A DNA stretch of 64,000 nt. Source: Euglena gracilis (Eukaryota). The stretch covers positions 20,012,642 through 20,076,641 of the forward strand of contig CP154954.1 of the NCBI GenBank assembly GCA_039621445.1, given 5' to 3'. Position numbers and translations under genes: made by a program. Position 1 is the first letter of the stretch; every line of letters begins with the position of its first letter. The notes under the pieces are model-generated. The model searched no databases and was not told the origin of the DNA. It was given only the letters and a program-made list of their open reading frames with translations. Positions 21,871-33,558 of this stretch are shown here, in pieces.

Positions 21871-23700
21871 CTCCTCCCCCCAGCAGTTGGTGAACAGACC
21901 CCATTGGGGGGGTACCAGCAAAACTTTGCTGCCTGGCTGCCTGATTGACATTAATTGGCGCCACCATGATGTCGAAGCCCAGTGGGGTACGATCAACAGA
22001 CATGTTAGGTCTGGGTTTAACATTAATCTCTGAACCCATTGGGGAATGATGCTCCAGGGAGGGTTTGCATAAACTGGGGGGAGGCCCCTCAAGTCTGCCC
22101 TCAAGGCATCCACCAGCAGGGCTCCTTGGTGGGGGTATCGACAAACGAACTTGGGGAATTTTTTGTTGCTGGGGGTGCAAAACATGTCCACCTCTGGGGT
22201 TATGTCGCTTCTGAAGAATTGAAGAATTTGATGAAAGATGTTCAGGTTTAGAGTATAATCCCCTGGGTCCTTTTGCTCCCTGGTCAGGGAGTCTGCCAAT
22301 TGTTCTTTTGTGGGAACCCAAACCACCTGCAAATTGATTTGTTTTTCCTGACAATGATACAACAGGGGTTTTAGGATGGAATTTAGGTATGGCTTTTTGC
22401 CTCCCCATTTTGTCAAATAACTGACAGCCACCTGGCTGTCCACATGAAGCACAATTGTTTGCTTTGGTTTGGCCAAAGATCTTACAGTTTCCACTGCAGC
22501 CTGCAACTCTTTTTGATTGATATGAAGGACATGCAGGTCCCTCCAAAAAATCTGCACCTTTTGGCCTGAATCTTTGTCCAGCCCCCCCCATTGCCAGGTG
22601 CTGCTGTCTGAGAACAGTTCCTGAGAGGCCTGGAATTGAAATGCTCTGCCCACACCTGGCTGCAAAAATGCCTTTAACTCCACAATTTGATCTTTGACCC
22701 CCTGGGGAATGGTCAAGGTGTGGTCCCAACCCCACTTGGTGTGCAAATCCACCATTTTGCAAAGTTGATCTGTCAGGATTCTGAGGAAAGGCATTGAAAC
22801 TAAATAGCTTCTTACCTGCCCTACGATAGAGCTGGGTTTTCTGCAGCTCATTTTTTGTGCTGTCAGCACCTTTCCTAATTCCTTTCTTAAGGATTTTAGT
22901 TTTTCCTGTGGAATTTCCAGTTGGCCTTTTTTCAGATTGATCCACTGGCCCAAATGCTTTATTTATTGTGTTGGTTCCAGACATGATTTGGGGAGGTTTA
23001 TTCTGAAACCTGCCAGTAAGAGATCTTTTTTCATTTCTGCCAAATGTTGGGCTGCTGTCTTTTGCTGGGGGCTAACAACAAAATGTCGTCCAGTTAGATG
23101 AAAACTACCTTTCCTTCCTTTCTCCATTTTCTTTCCCAGACTCTCATGAGAGTCATAAACTTTTGGGGCAGGCTGCTTATACCAAAGCAAGCAGCTTTAA
23201 ATTGCCACGTTTCCCCCCCACCTGCATGCAAACATGTTTTCCCAGGCTGCTGTGCAGCTTTAAGTGGAAATAAGCATCTTTCAGATCAATTTTTCCACAG
23301 AACCAACCTTTTCTGAGATATGGGAAGATGTTTCCCATGTGTTCCAATCTGAACTTCTGGGGGGTGAAATGGAGATTTAACTGTCGACAATCTGAAATTA
23401 GTCTTTCCTTTGTCTTTCCCCATTCCTTTTTGGAAATGATAAAATAAGGGACAAAATGTTTTGCCTCCTCTGGGGTGATTTGTCTGGTTGCCCCTGCACA
23501 TTCGTATTCCCTCAGAATTTTCTGGGCAGTCATTATTTCTTGGGGAGTTTTGAAGGGCACTTTTAAGGACATCTGAGGGGGGAGGGGAAGATCTGCCCTG
23601 ACCCCTTCCCTTATTAAGTTTAATACCTCTGTGCTGGCTCCTGCCTTGACCCAATGGGGAATGCTGGCCTGCAGGGCTTTGTATGGGGGCACCCCTGGGT
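21775..23700 (-). pseudogene. Element 2 Pol (RT-RNaseH-MTase), disrupted
   Basis: KIDLKDAYFHL; YLDD mutated to *LDD; LFSDSS, HINQKEL, LADSLTR, DMFC, YANPPW; frameshifts. Confidence 0.9.
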
Positions 23701-26399
23701 GTAATGTGTCTGGGGATTCCACAGGCCCCATCACTGGGGTCCTATCCCCTGGCTGCCCCATCACTGGGGTCTTCCCTGGCTGCCCCATCACTGGGGTCAC
23801 CTCTTGCCCTGCCATAGGGCTGCTCCAAGACAGGCTTTCCCCCTGAATTTGAAAGGTTGGGGAAAGTCTGTGTCTGCAATGGGGAGGTACATATATAGCT
23901 GGGGGGCTGGTTACCTTCTGGGGGGGCCCTGGTGTAGCCAATCTTGGGCCTCCCCCCCAAGGGCTGATATCTTGAATGCACTGAATTTGCTTGAAATGGC
24001 CTCCATTGGCCTTGATATCTTGATTGTGATGGCCTCCATTGGCCTTCAGGGCCATCTGGCCTTCTTGGTCTCCATTGACCTTCTCTCCAGCACTTTTCTT
24101 GTGCCTTCTTTTTCCCTCTTGGTTCCCCAGATGAGCCACCATGGCTGCATTTCCCTTTGGGATTTGATGCCACCTGTCTTGGCTGTGGCTTGCTTCCCCT
24201 GGGGGGAATTATTTTAAGGGTGCTGGGGGGATAGTTGGACATACCTCTCCCCACTGGGGTCCCCGGCTGGGATTCAGGGTTCTGTGTCCTTGAAAATGGG
24301 CACCATGCCATTTTGAATGATGGCTGCCTTGGAGATGGGCCCAAGGCCCTGTAGATAGATGGCCGCCATGGCCATTTTGAGGAGGGTATACACCTTCCTG
24401 ACTTGAACCCTTTGAACTTGTCTTATTTCCCCTGCCATAGGGGTGGGGATGAGAAAAGTGATGGGTAGTCTGCCAGACCTGTTTTTCCCTCTCCTGACAA
24501 TGTTTCCTTGATTGATGACTGTGATGGGTCCCCATGACCCAATGAGCCTTCCCCTGGATGGCTTCTCCGTCGCTTTGCTCTGACCACAAGTGTCCAGGGT
24601 CCATGGCCGTCACAAAAGCTTTGCTGAAAACAGGAAATTTCTGACGAACTGGGGGGTGGAAGGGTTGCGACGGCCACGGACGGACGTGTTGGCCCTGCTC
24701 CATCAGGTGCTCCAGCGCCTGCAGCCCCTCGGTGTTTTCCAGCTTCAGCTGTCTGTCTTGGACTTCCTTGTGCTCCCACTTCTTCTCGACAGCATGAAAT
24801 TTTTTCCAACACATCTTTCATTGAATTCCGTTGAACACGTGTTTTGATTTTTGAATGTCTTTGTCTTCCGTCTTGACCTCACTCGTAGAGTTGAAAGTCT
24901 TTCTCCTTGAGGTCGAAGGGCAGAATTAGGAATCAGCCAACTCCGGCAACAAAAAGCAGTAAGAAGCACCCCCCGCGCACGCACAAACACACCAGAACAG
25001 AACAGCCGGCAAGGAAAGCAGGACCTCACAATCTCGCAGTGCGGAGCCCGAATGGTCGTGGCGAAATTATTGGCAGAATCGTCCCCGGAATCCCTCGTTG
25101 CCGTCACCGAGGCCGGGCAAAAAAGGCTTGGCGGCGGATGGCACACGACGAAGCGTCCAAAGAAGGTCTACGAGCTGACACAGGTGGCGATGGTCTCCAT
25201 TCAGGTCGGAGACTACAGAAATTCGTTCTTGTACTCGGTGGCGTTATCAGGCAGCGTGGAGGTACCAGTGATCGACTTGGGGCAGACGGCAGCGGAGGTG
25301 GCGTTCAAGTTTGCTGAGCGCTGGCTGGAAGAGAGTTCGAAGAAAGACAAGGGGATGACGCAGAGAGCGGAACGGTCCTCGATGGAGGAGGACGCCGGAG
25401 ACGACGAGGAGGACAACGAAAACGACGAGGCGGACGAACGGCTCCCCTGGCAGGAGGAACTGGCGCCGGCGCCAGAGCTGGCAGCGTGCCTTCGGCACGC
25501 CGAAAAGGAGATCGACTACCGTGGAAAATGGTGCTGAGGGAGCCCCCAAGGAATCAGGGGATAAAAGTAAGAGCGGAAGATAATAATCATGGTTCAGATG
25601 GAAAAGGGGCCTGGGAAAAGCAGCTGAAGGCATGGCAGAAAAAGATGTTGCACCTGGAGAGGATGGTGGCATTCCTGTATGGAAGTGTTGATACAGATTA
25701 TCAAGTATTGGCACAAAAACTGTTTTTTTGCTGTGGCAGAGCTGGAGCAGACGCTGCTGAAGGAGAGGAAGAAATGCAGCATTCCTGGGGAAAACCCAAG
25801 TACAAACAACGGGCTGTTCTCCAAGGAAGATTTGGCAGTTGACAAAGCCCAATGGGCTCTGAATCAAGCAGGCTTGGCACCAGCCTTCTCCAGATATTCC
25901 ACGTCTCATTTTCCCATTCCCTCAGGGAACAAAGGATTTTAGTTCAAACTTTGGAAAGGAAAAGGCTATGGCAGCCAATTACAATCTGGGATTGGAAAGG
26001 GCTATGGCAGCCAGTGGAGACCAGGGTGGTCCAAAGGGTCTGAATCCTCTCTGGGAAATTTCCTCTCCCCCCTCATATTCTCAGGAAAGGCAGTGGCAAG
26101 GCCTGAAGAATCAAAAGCCCCAGGGGGGGGGGTGAAACCAACAAAGCCAATCCCAGAAGGAATCAGGGCCAGCAGGCCCCACCTGCCCATGAAGGGCAAG
26201 CCAGAACCAAGATTGATCTGGGGAGAGAACCCCCAGCTGATCCCAAGGGGGTGTGTAATCCCCCTGCTGACCCCTTCCCAGATGCCATCTCCAGCCTGGC
26301 AAGGGCTCCTGGAAGGAGGAACATGGCCCACACCACACTCCCACCCGGAGGAGTGGGAGAAGGGAATAATTCAAGGGCTGGAATTTAGAGAAAGGGCAT

Positions 26400-28328
26400 G
26401 GCTGAGGTGCCATTGTTTCTTAGACTGAGGAAATATCTGCCATGGTGGCAGAAAAATGCAAACCAGTGGGTAGTATCACTAATTGAAAAATGAGGTGCAC
26501 CCAGATCACCCTTTACCCCAGTTTCTGTCAAAAAGACAGCAGCAAAAGTCAGCACAGGAAATCAGCCTGGCTTCAGAAATCCTGAGGGAGTACCAAGAAA
26601 GTGGGGCAACCAAAAAACTGGGAAATGCCACAGGAACTCACCTGGTACCCTGGTTTGTGTTGTCAAAATCATAAGGGGAGGGGGTCAAGCATCGACTTAT
26701 CACAGATTGTCGAGATCTAAATCCATTTTGCTGTCCAGAAAAGTTCACTTTGGAAAACATGTCCACCATTTTCCCCACCCTGAAAAAAGGGGATTGGGCA
26801 GTCAAAATGGGCTTGAAAGATGCCTTCTTTTGTCTGGGTCTGGAAAAAGATTTCAAAAAATTTGTCAGAATTCAGGTGGGACCAGACCTGTGGGAGTTTC
26901 AGGGGGCATGTTTTGGCCTAAGCACCCTCCCAAAATTGTTCATGTCCCCAATGAAAGTCCTGCTAAAGCTGTGGCGATCAAAGGGATTGCAGGTGTTCGT
27001 CTATTTGGACGACATCATTCTGTTTGTTTCAACAGAAAATTCGGTCAAAAAACATTTGTTGACCATGTTGAACACATTAGGGGAGGCTGGGTTCAAAGTC
27101 AGCGAGAGAAAGTCTGTGTTTACTCCCACCCAAAGGCTGCAACACTTGGGGTTCATCATCAATCTGGAAAAAGGTCAACTGGAGGTGCCCCCCTACGAAT
27201 TAAAAACCACAGAAAGGAACTGGGCAAGGTGGTACTGGCCCAGAAATTGAGTTGCAGAAAGATTTCCAGCATTCTGGGACAAATCAGAAGTTACCTTCCT
27301 GCTCTGGCATTTCTGAGATTGGTAACCCAGGAGCCGTAAAAGTTCAGCCAGCTGCATCAGGAAAAGGGCTGGGATTTTTGCATCGACATCCCAGAAAGTT
27401 CTGAAGGATGAAATGAAAGTTTTAAAGGTATACCTGCAACCAGGTCCGGGCAGGCCCTTTTTCCAACAAGCAAAAATGGTGCCCCGTTCAGACTCCTACA
27501 CATGGGCATGGGGGGGGGGGGGTGCACTCCTCCCAAAATCAAATAATCCAAGAATTTTGGAGGGAGAAACATTGTTTACATATAAATGTGAAAGAGCTGA
27601 TGGCAGCAGTACAGACAATAAAAGTCTTTTCCCAGCAAGGAGAAGCCGTGCTGCTAAACGTAGACAATCAAGTGGCACTGAGTTATGTCACCAAATGTGG
27701 TGGCAGAAAACAGCACCGGAATCAGTTTAAGGAACCTCTGTTTCACTGGTGTTGGGAAAACCAAGTTCAACTGCAGGTCCAGTGGGTTCCTTCATCAGAA
27801 ATGTTGGCAGACCCCCTCACAAGGTGGGACCAGGACAAGGGAGATTTTACACTGTGCCCAGACCTGTTCACCCAAATTCTGCAGCCTTTCAGAAAGGAGA
27901 TTGCTCCAGACACAGACATGTTTGCATCTCCAGCAAATGCAAAATTCCAAAACTTTGTGGCCAGATGGCCCCACCACCAAGCTTCTCTGGTGGATGCATT
28001 GAAATGCGATCTGGATTCAGTCAGAGATGTTTGTGCCAACCCACCCCTGGAAAGTGATTTTTCCTTGGCTCATCAGGCTGAGACTGAACAAGCCGGTGAA
28101 ATGCCTTTTGGTGACACCCATGTGGGTTTCGAGTCCACGGGGCCCCTATTAATCAAAATGTCAAAACCAGGGACAATAAAATTGGTCATACCCCCCAGGG
28201 AGGGAATGTTCAAGAATTGTTGGGGGCAATCAATGCCAAGACCAAATTGGCCCCTGGCTTGCACAGTGGTATCAGGTTCCTTTTGGAACAGCAAAAGGTG
28301 CCACATCAAGACATTGAAAATGTCCTGA
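26400..28328 (+). pseudogene. Element 3 Pol (RT-RNaseH-MTase), disrupted
   Basis: MGLKDA, FGLS, YLDD, HINVKEL, LADPLTR, DMFAS, CANPP; stops and frameshifts. Confidence 0.9.
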
Positions 28329-29592
28329 GGACTTTGGGAACCCTGAAGCGTTATGACAGTGTCTTCAGAAAACTGTTTGTTAGTTTGCAACAGAAAGGAT
28401 TGGAGCCCTTGCAAGTCTCCAGGATGGAGCTGGCCACTGCCCTGTTGGACCTACACAAACTTTCACAGGCTGATGCTCGATGTGCATATGCCTCTCTCCA
28501 GTACTTACCTGGGTTGGAGTCCATTCGATTTCACCCTTTAATTACAAAAGTGAAAAAGGAATGGAATCGTTCAGTTCAGAGGTATGCTGCCTTTTGGGAC
28601 CCATTGCCCAATTTGAAAAAACTGCAGAGCACAGAAAGGGTTTCTGACATGTCACTTGTGGAGCTGAGGTGGAGAATCATGCTGTCCTTCAGACTGTTCT
28701 CACTTCACAGAGGGGTGAAGCTGGCAAGAACCCAAAGGACCATTTCAGTGGTTGGGGTAAAAAAAATTTTTTCATTTTGGTCACAAGAAAGGGTTTGCCT
28801 TCACTAAAGTGTGAGCAAGTGTTGGAGATTGATTCACTACCATCTTTGAGTCCATATCGTTTGATGACAGAATATGTGAAAATAACATCTTTCATTCCCA
28901 AGGGTGCCCCTCTGATGTGGAGTTGGATGAGGAAAAACCCTTGACTTCCAATAGGATCAACTCTTTGACAAAGGAGTTGTTGGAAACCTTTGACATTCCA
29001 ATTTCCCACTGGAAAGCCCACAGCACCAGGGGGCTGGGGTTTTGATGCACAAAAAATTGGGGTTGTCCAGTGAGGAGGTGTGTGAATCTGGTCAGTGGAA
29101 AAATCACACAGCCTTTTCAGCTCATTATTTACGGTTGGGGGCGGTGGATTCAGCAAAGATAAAATTTGAAAAGGTGTCGTGCACAACGTCTCACCCCCAG
29201 AGTGTGCGAAGCCCGAATGGTCGAGTACTCCAAGGAAGTCTGACCAGGGAGGAAGTGACCATGAGGGCGGAGCACAAGAGGGGGGTGAGCCCACCACACC
29301 CAACCGGAAAAGGAAAGCATCCCCATCGAGGGGGGGGGGAGCAAAAACGGGCCCACATACTTCGAAAGGCCGGGGAGCCACTGAGGTTGACCTTCGGCAA
29401 GTCGGTGTCGGAGAGCACATCATCGCCAACTCCGGCACCAAAGTCGAAGTAAGAAGCACCCCGCCAAGAAGAACACAAAAACAACAAAACAGCCGGCACA
29501 CAAAGCAGGATCTCACCCCCCTCTTGTGCTCAGCCCGCGTGGTCACTTCCTCCCTGGTCAGACTTCCCGGGAGAAAACCCCCCCCCAAATAA
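28230..29592 (+). pseudogene. Element 3 tyrosine recombinase, disrupted
   Basis: RYAAFWDP, LHRGV, HSTRG, GQW, AHYLRLG across several frames. Confidence 0.85.
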
Positions 29593-29722
29593 CACAACCC
29601 CCCCCGTTGTGCTACTTGGGCACCCGAACTGGAGGTCCAGGGGGGGGGTGTTATTTGGGGGGGGGGTGTTTTTCGGGAACCACTCCCTGAACAGGTTCTT
29701 CCCAAACAATGTCTGATATCAG

Positions 29723-30489
29723 TGTCGAGGATACCTTGTCCAGGAGTGCATCCCTGGTATCTGGGTCCTTGCGGAAGAATCGGAAAAAGAATTATTTTCG
29801 GAACCAACCAGTGTGCAAGAGGAGGAAGCAGAAAACCAAGGTTGTTCTGTTGCTGCCTCGCAAGCCGGAAAGCGTTGCAAAATGCGGTCAGCCCATTTGT
29901 GAAAAAAAGAGCAATTTTGGAGTACGAAGCAATTAATCCAAAGAGCATGTCGTTGAGAAGCAACGAGTTACCCTGGCACGCTTGCGCCGCAAAGCTCTGG
30001 AGATATGCCCAACATATGGTGTCCCAAAACGCAACTTGACAGCCAAGTGGTTCTCTGGCTTCCGTCGGAGGTTTTTTTTTGCAAGCAACGTCAGGGCTGA
30101 CAAAATTATTCTTTATAGTCACAAGATAGCCGACAACAAGGAGAAGCGCCTTCTCAAGATTTCGGAACAGGCAATGCTTGAAAGAGCTCAGGATTTCCAT
30201 GGCTATATGAGCAAAATCTGGGAGGTGTTCAGATTCCCAATCTCGCACGTGGCGAACATGGACGAACCCCCGTTGTCTTTCACGGGGTCTTCCAAGTCGC
30301 TTCGCAGCCTCACAATGAAAGGCATGGACAACGTTGTTGGTATGGATTTTTTCCATAAAAGACTTACAGTCTGTTTGTTTGCAGGACCTAACCCGTTCAC
30401 CGAGGCAGACCACCACAAAAAGAGTGCAACGTTGATCATCACTTTCTGCGCGAAAAGCCAGAAAATGAAACCAACGCCAAGGGGGCAGG
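29723..30489 (+). pseudogene. pogo/Tigger (CENP-B-like HTH + DDE_1) transposase fragment, copy 1
   Basis: LRRKALEI...KWFSGFRRRF (HTH_Tnp_Tc5-like), VANMDEPPL, KRLTVCLF. Confidence 0.75.
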
Positions 30490-31025
30490 TGTGTACCAGG
30501 CAGCATGAACACCATGACACTGTGCATAGCAGCAATCTGCAGAATGTACAGTGGCATGCCAGATAGTACCATTCCAGGTTCTGCAATACAAATTGCAGAA
30601 TTAGGAATGGCCTATCCTATCTCGGATCTGCGTTTCTCTTCACAGGTGGTATTATTTTATTCTTGTCATCAAAAGCCTGATCAAAGGCAATTTCAAGCGC
30701 AAATCTCCGATAGGAGAACATTTGTGGAACTAGTTTTCCAAAATCACACCTGGTTTGCATTGTGCTCTGCATAAGCCCAAAGGCATTAAAAACTAATAGT
30801 TAAGCGAAAGAATTTTACTTTTGTTACTCTCCTGGTTCTGTTCCCACGGGAGGGTTTAAGTAGGCCGACAGGCAGTGGGAATAGAGTCAGGGGACGTACA
30901 CTTGGTAGCAGATTCGGTTCCTTTCCTACGCCCCTTCTCCCCCCCATCTTAACAGGTGACTTCAAACAGTGAGTGGTGCTGAGCCTATAGGCTACAAAGC
31001 ATCCACGAGCTGTTTGGAGCCAACT

Positions 31026-31793
31026 TGTCGAGGATACCTTGTCCAGGAGTGCATCCCTGGTATCTGGGTCTTTGCGGAAGAATCGGAAAAAGAATTATTT
31101 TCGGAACCATCCAGTGTGCAAGAGGAGGAAGAAGAAAACCAAGGTTGTTCTGTGGCTGCCTCGCAAGCCGGAAAGCGTTGCAAAATGCGGTCAGCCCATT
31201 TGTGAAAAAAAGAGCAATGTTGGAGTACGAATCAATTAACCCAAAGAGCATGTCGTTGAGAAGCAACGAGTTACCCTGGCACGCTTGCGCCGCAAAGCTC
31301 TGGAGATATGCCCAACATATGGTGTCCCAAAACGCAACTTGACAGCCAAGTGGTTCTCTGGCTTCCGTCGGAGGTTTTTTTTTGCAAGCAACGTCAGGGC
31401 TGACAAAATTATTCTTTATAGGCACAAGATAGCCGACAACAAGGAGAAGCGCCTTCTCAAGATTTCGGAACAGGCAATGCTTGAAAGAGCTCAGGATTTC
31501 CATGGCTATATGAGCAAAATCTGGGAGGTGTTCAGATTCCCAATCTTGCACGTGGCGAACATGGACGAAACCCCGTTGTCTTTCACGGGGTCTTCCAAGT
31601 CGCTTCGTAGCCTCACAGTGAAAGGCATGGACAACGTTGTTGGTATGGATTTTTTTCCATAAAAGACTTACAGTCTGTTTGTTTGCAGGACCTAACCCGT
31701 TCACCGAGGCAGACCACCACAAAGAGAGTGCAACGTTGATCATCACTTTCCGCGCGAAAAGCCAGAAAATGAAACCAACGCCAAGGGGGCAGG
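31026..31793 (+). pseudogene. pogo/Tigger transposase fragment, copy 2
   Basis: Near-identical direct duplicate of copy 1; VANMDETPL. Confidence 0.75.
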
Positions 31794-32638
31794 GCACGTA
31801 AGTTTTTACATCTAATCCGCTATTAGCGCTCCCCACCATTCAGTTTCCCCTGACCCCCGCCAAGTGTGCCGCTAAAGCTCACATGGAACTTGAGGATCTC
31901 TTTTTACATCAGCTAACCACCCCTGCTCCAAAGCCTAAGCCCAAGGTCTTCCCTCAATCGGTTCTGACCTTCAAAAAATAACCAGGATGTGGACAGTGTC
32001 TGCTTCAGCACTCCTGGACAAGGAATCCATCTGCTTATGCACGTTGTGCACAGGGGGGGGGGGTGTTATTTGGGCCCTCGAAATCAGCCCCCAATGGGGG
32101 GGTGTTATTTGGCGGTGTTATTTGGGGGGGTTATTTGGGAGAGGGATTTACTCGAAATTGGCCAGATCTTTCATGTCGCCTTTTGAAGGAGCATGTGACA
32201 CTCAGAAAAGATGCTTACTGCCACCCGGGGCGACACCTCCGCACTTTGCACTTGTGAGGCCTTGTCTTGCCGGCGGTGTTTTTTGGACTGCGACGCGCTG
32301 GGTTAGGAGTCCCTGCTTAACGCCTTTTTTTTTTCGCCGGAGTTGGCTGATTCCTAATTTGCCCTTCGATGACCAGAAGAAAGGAGCCAAATTGAACATC
32401 GAAGAAGTTTTGACAAGAGCAAAAAATATCACATCAATATCCACAACGAAACGTAACAGACGAGCATCAATTGAAAAACCAATTATCGAAATTAATTTGG
32501 ACTTCAATGAGCAATGAATTATCAAAGAAATTGGAGTTACGCCGTCGGCGTGAAGGTGCAGAAGCGGCCGCGGCAGCTGGAGGACCTGAAGGTGCGGACG
32601 AGACGTGGCAAACCGTAGCCTCCCCTCCCCCCACCCTT

Positions 32639-32832
32639 TCGGACTCCCACGACACTGGAAGGGGGAGGAAGGGACCAAGAGGGCGAAGCGCAAGAAGATG
32701 GCGAGGTCCTGCTTTCCTTGCCGGATTTTCTGTTCTGGTGTGTTTGTGTGTGCGCGGGGGGTGCTTCTTACTGCGCCTTTGTTGCAAGAAAAGGAGTACC
32801 TCACCATCTCGCAGTGCGGATCCCGAATGGTC
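32639..32832 (-). mobile_element. 194-bp termini-only derivative of DIRS family B
   Basis: Both family B ends joined inside the ITRs; removal restores host gag PPPTL|STENS. Confidence 0.85.
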
Positions 32833-33558
32833 TCGACAGAAAATTCGTCCAATGAATCACCCAGTAACGGCCACTGTCTCTGGACCCTTGTGTCCCGAAA
32901 GCCCAGGCATCAGAAGCTACAGCAAGCCCCAGCCCCCAAAGGGCAACAGAAACTGGGGACTAATGTCAAATTGGCAAGGTGAGACAACCTGTGCAACCCG
33001 GCCACCAGGGCCAAGTCCCACTATGGCGACCCAGAGCAAGAACACAGCCATGCCAGAACAATTCCAGGCCAAGGGGGACTTCACTACAAGGGCCATGGGG
33101 CCAATTCTGCAAGCAGCTCCCCTCAGGAATGGGCAGAAAAGGTCTTACAACCCCCCCCCCCCAATTTTTCTAACACTACACCCCCTACCGAGGGCAAGGG
33201 GGGGCACTGCAGTCCCCCCCCCGGATTCAGCTGCAACTGGAGACCAACTTCAGGAAATGGGCGTCAGGGCCAGGGAGGGAGGCCAGAATAACACCCAAGG
33301 CCATGGAGGCCATGGATAGCTCAAGCGAGAGGCCAGATTCAACTGCAAGGCCATGGCAGCCAGGAATTTCAAGGCCATGGAGGCCATACACACCAGCGCA
33401 ATGGGGCCCAAAGGTGGTCAAGATTTGGCCCCCCAGAAGATAAGGTGCAGTCTCTATAAAAAAAAATCTAGAAGCCCGGGAGGAAGGTCCCGAGGGGCCA
33501 AAGCAGGACAGAGGGGCTAAACGCCCCAGAGCATTTATTTCAGCCCATGGAAGGGGAT

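Larger units (their letters stand above)
20433..25057 (-). mobile_element. DIRS-type retrotransposon, family B, full length (element 2)
   Basis: Termini TCGGACTCCC... and ...CCCGAATGGTC; ICR 20811-20911; ITRs ~20490-20590 and ~24935-25030; RT, RH, MT and YR motifs. Confidence 0.95.
20215..29573 (+). mobile_element. DIRS-type retrotransposon, family C, degenerate (element 3), interrupted by element 2
   Basis: 5' part 20215-20432 resumes at 25058; ICR ~29190-29290; right ITR/extension ~29420-29573; colinear with element 4. Confidence 0.9.

Noticed and set aside
28689-30572. 627-aa minus-strand ORF
   Set aside because: Antisense to YR and pogo and crosses unrelated element boundaries; no recognisable domain
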